Part shown: positions 63,375 to 64,000 of the stretch, in pieces
Layout: every line of letters begins with the position of its first letter
Position numbering within the stretch: position 1 is the first letter of the stretch
Virus record (IMG/VR): IMGVR_UViG_3300042515_001753
Coordinates: 62,001 to 126,000 of that record
DNA: 64,000 nucleotides
Strand: one strand, 5' to 3'
Made by a program: the position numbers and the translations under genes
The notes under the pieces: generated by a model
The model's input: only the letters and a program-made list of their open reading frames with translations
Database searches by the model: none
Told to the model about the DNA's origin: nothing

Positions 63375-64000
63375 CAAATCACTCTTGTCTTTTCGTGACC
63401 GACTCTAATACGAGGATCGCACCAAATTTCAAATCCTGCTTCCTTTGCATCCAAACAGAATGATACATCTTCTCCACACATATCCTGAACTTCTCCGGAT
63501 TCAAAGACTTGCATCTTGGGAGCAAACCAGGGATACTTCATTTCGGAGTGTTCAAATACTCCGTGCTTAATCAGTAACCAACCAAATCCTGCATAATCAA
63601 CGGTGAATGGTTTACGACGCTTTGAGATACTCTCAACAGTTTCGTGATTCATAACTCCACCATTATTACGGAAGTCATCTTCTTCCATCCAGTGAGCGAC
63701 TGATGTGGTGTGCCCATCTTCTGTTGCATACCATCCCGATGCGATATCCCTATCCATCAGAACAAGTTGCCAGAATTTTTCAGTATTAAAGACAATATCA
63801 GAGTCAATCCAAAGTTGCCAATCATACTTAAGTTTTCCATCCCAAGGAAGCTGGTCAGGTCCACGAAGAACATTTGCACCAAGGCACTTGCATCTTGCAA
63901 AGTTTACCATCGATGAATAGTCTTGGGAGATTTGAATACTTGCACCGTTCTGTACAAGATCAAAACATAATTGAACAAAACTCTTTAGGTAGGCATATGA
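63374..64000 (-). CDS. GT-A fold glycosyltransferase-like protein; start lies beyond the window
   Basis: Frame open to base 64000 (SYAYLKSFVQLCFDL...); WIDSD (DxD), GFGWLLIK, GEDVSFC, VGHEK. Confidence 0.78.
   Translation of the reverse strand, partial: SYAYLKSFVQLCFDLVQNGASIQISQDYSSMVNFARCKCLGANVLRGPDQLPWDGKLKYDWQLWIDSDIVFNTEKFWQLVLMDRDIASGWYATEDGHTTSVAHWMEEDDFRNNGGVMNHETVESISKRRKPFTVDYAGFGWLLIKHGVFEHSEMKYPWFAPKMQVFESGEVQDMCGEDVSFCLDAKEAGFEIWCDPRIRVGHEKTRVI

Noticed and set aside
1-64000. Stop-codon reassignment
   Set aside because: Core genes translate full-length under the standard code, and TAA, TAG and TGA all occur as gene ends.
1-64000. tRNA or rRNA genes
   Set aside because: Intergenic gaps are short and accounted for by promoters and terminators; no cloverleaf or T-loop GTTCGA in a suitable context was seen.

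Overview
64 kb of a T4-like cyanophage (cyanomyovirus) genome. It covers the conserved core from the baseplate to DNA polymerase, and every supportable gene is on the minus strand. In transcription order (right to left): a partial GT-A glycosyltransferase, small basic peptides, a SET-domain protein, speD, baseplate gp25/gp6/gp7/gp8, a giant DUF4815/VrlC-like virion protein, a 56-aa NblA-like ORF missed by the ORF track, neck/terminase/tail/head genes gp13-gp23, gp3, uvsY, uvsW, gp55, gp47/gp46, a vWA-metallopeptidase plus CobS/MoxR AAA+ pair, gp45, gp44, dam, gp62, regA, hsp20 and the 5' part of gp43. No tRNA, CRISPR array, intron, intein or reverse transcriptase was seen. The most interesting signals are: (i) a ROSE-like RNA thermometer in the hsp20 leader; (ii) the NblA-like phycobilisome-degradation ORF inside the late structural operon; (iii) a SET-domain methyltransferase next to SAM decarboxylase; (iv) putative capsid-packaged internal proteins with T4-type targeting sequences, plus a modular protein that looks like a gp21-cleaved polyprotein; (v) a repeated terminator/dyad-operator/sigma70 promoter cassette and an antisense promoter upstream of gp55. 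All family assignments come from motif recognition by eye, not database searches.
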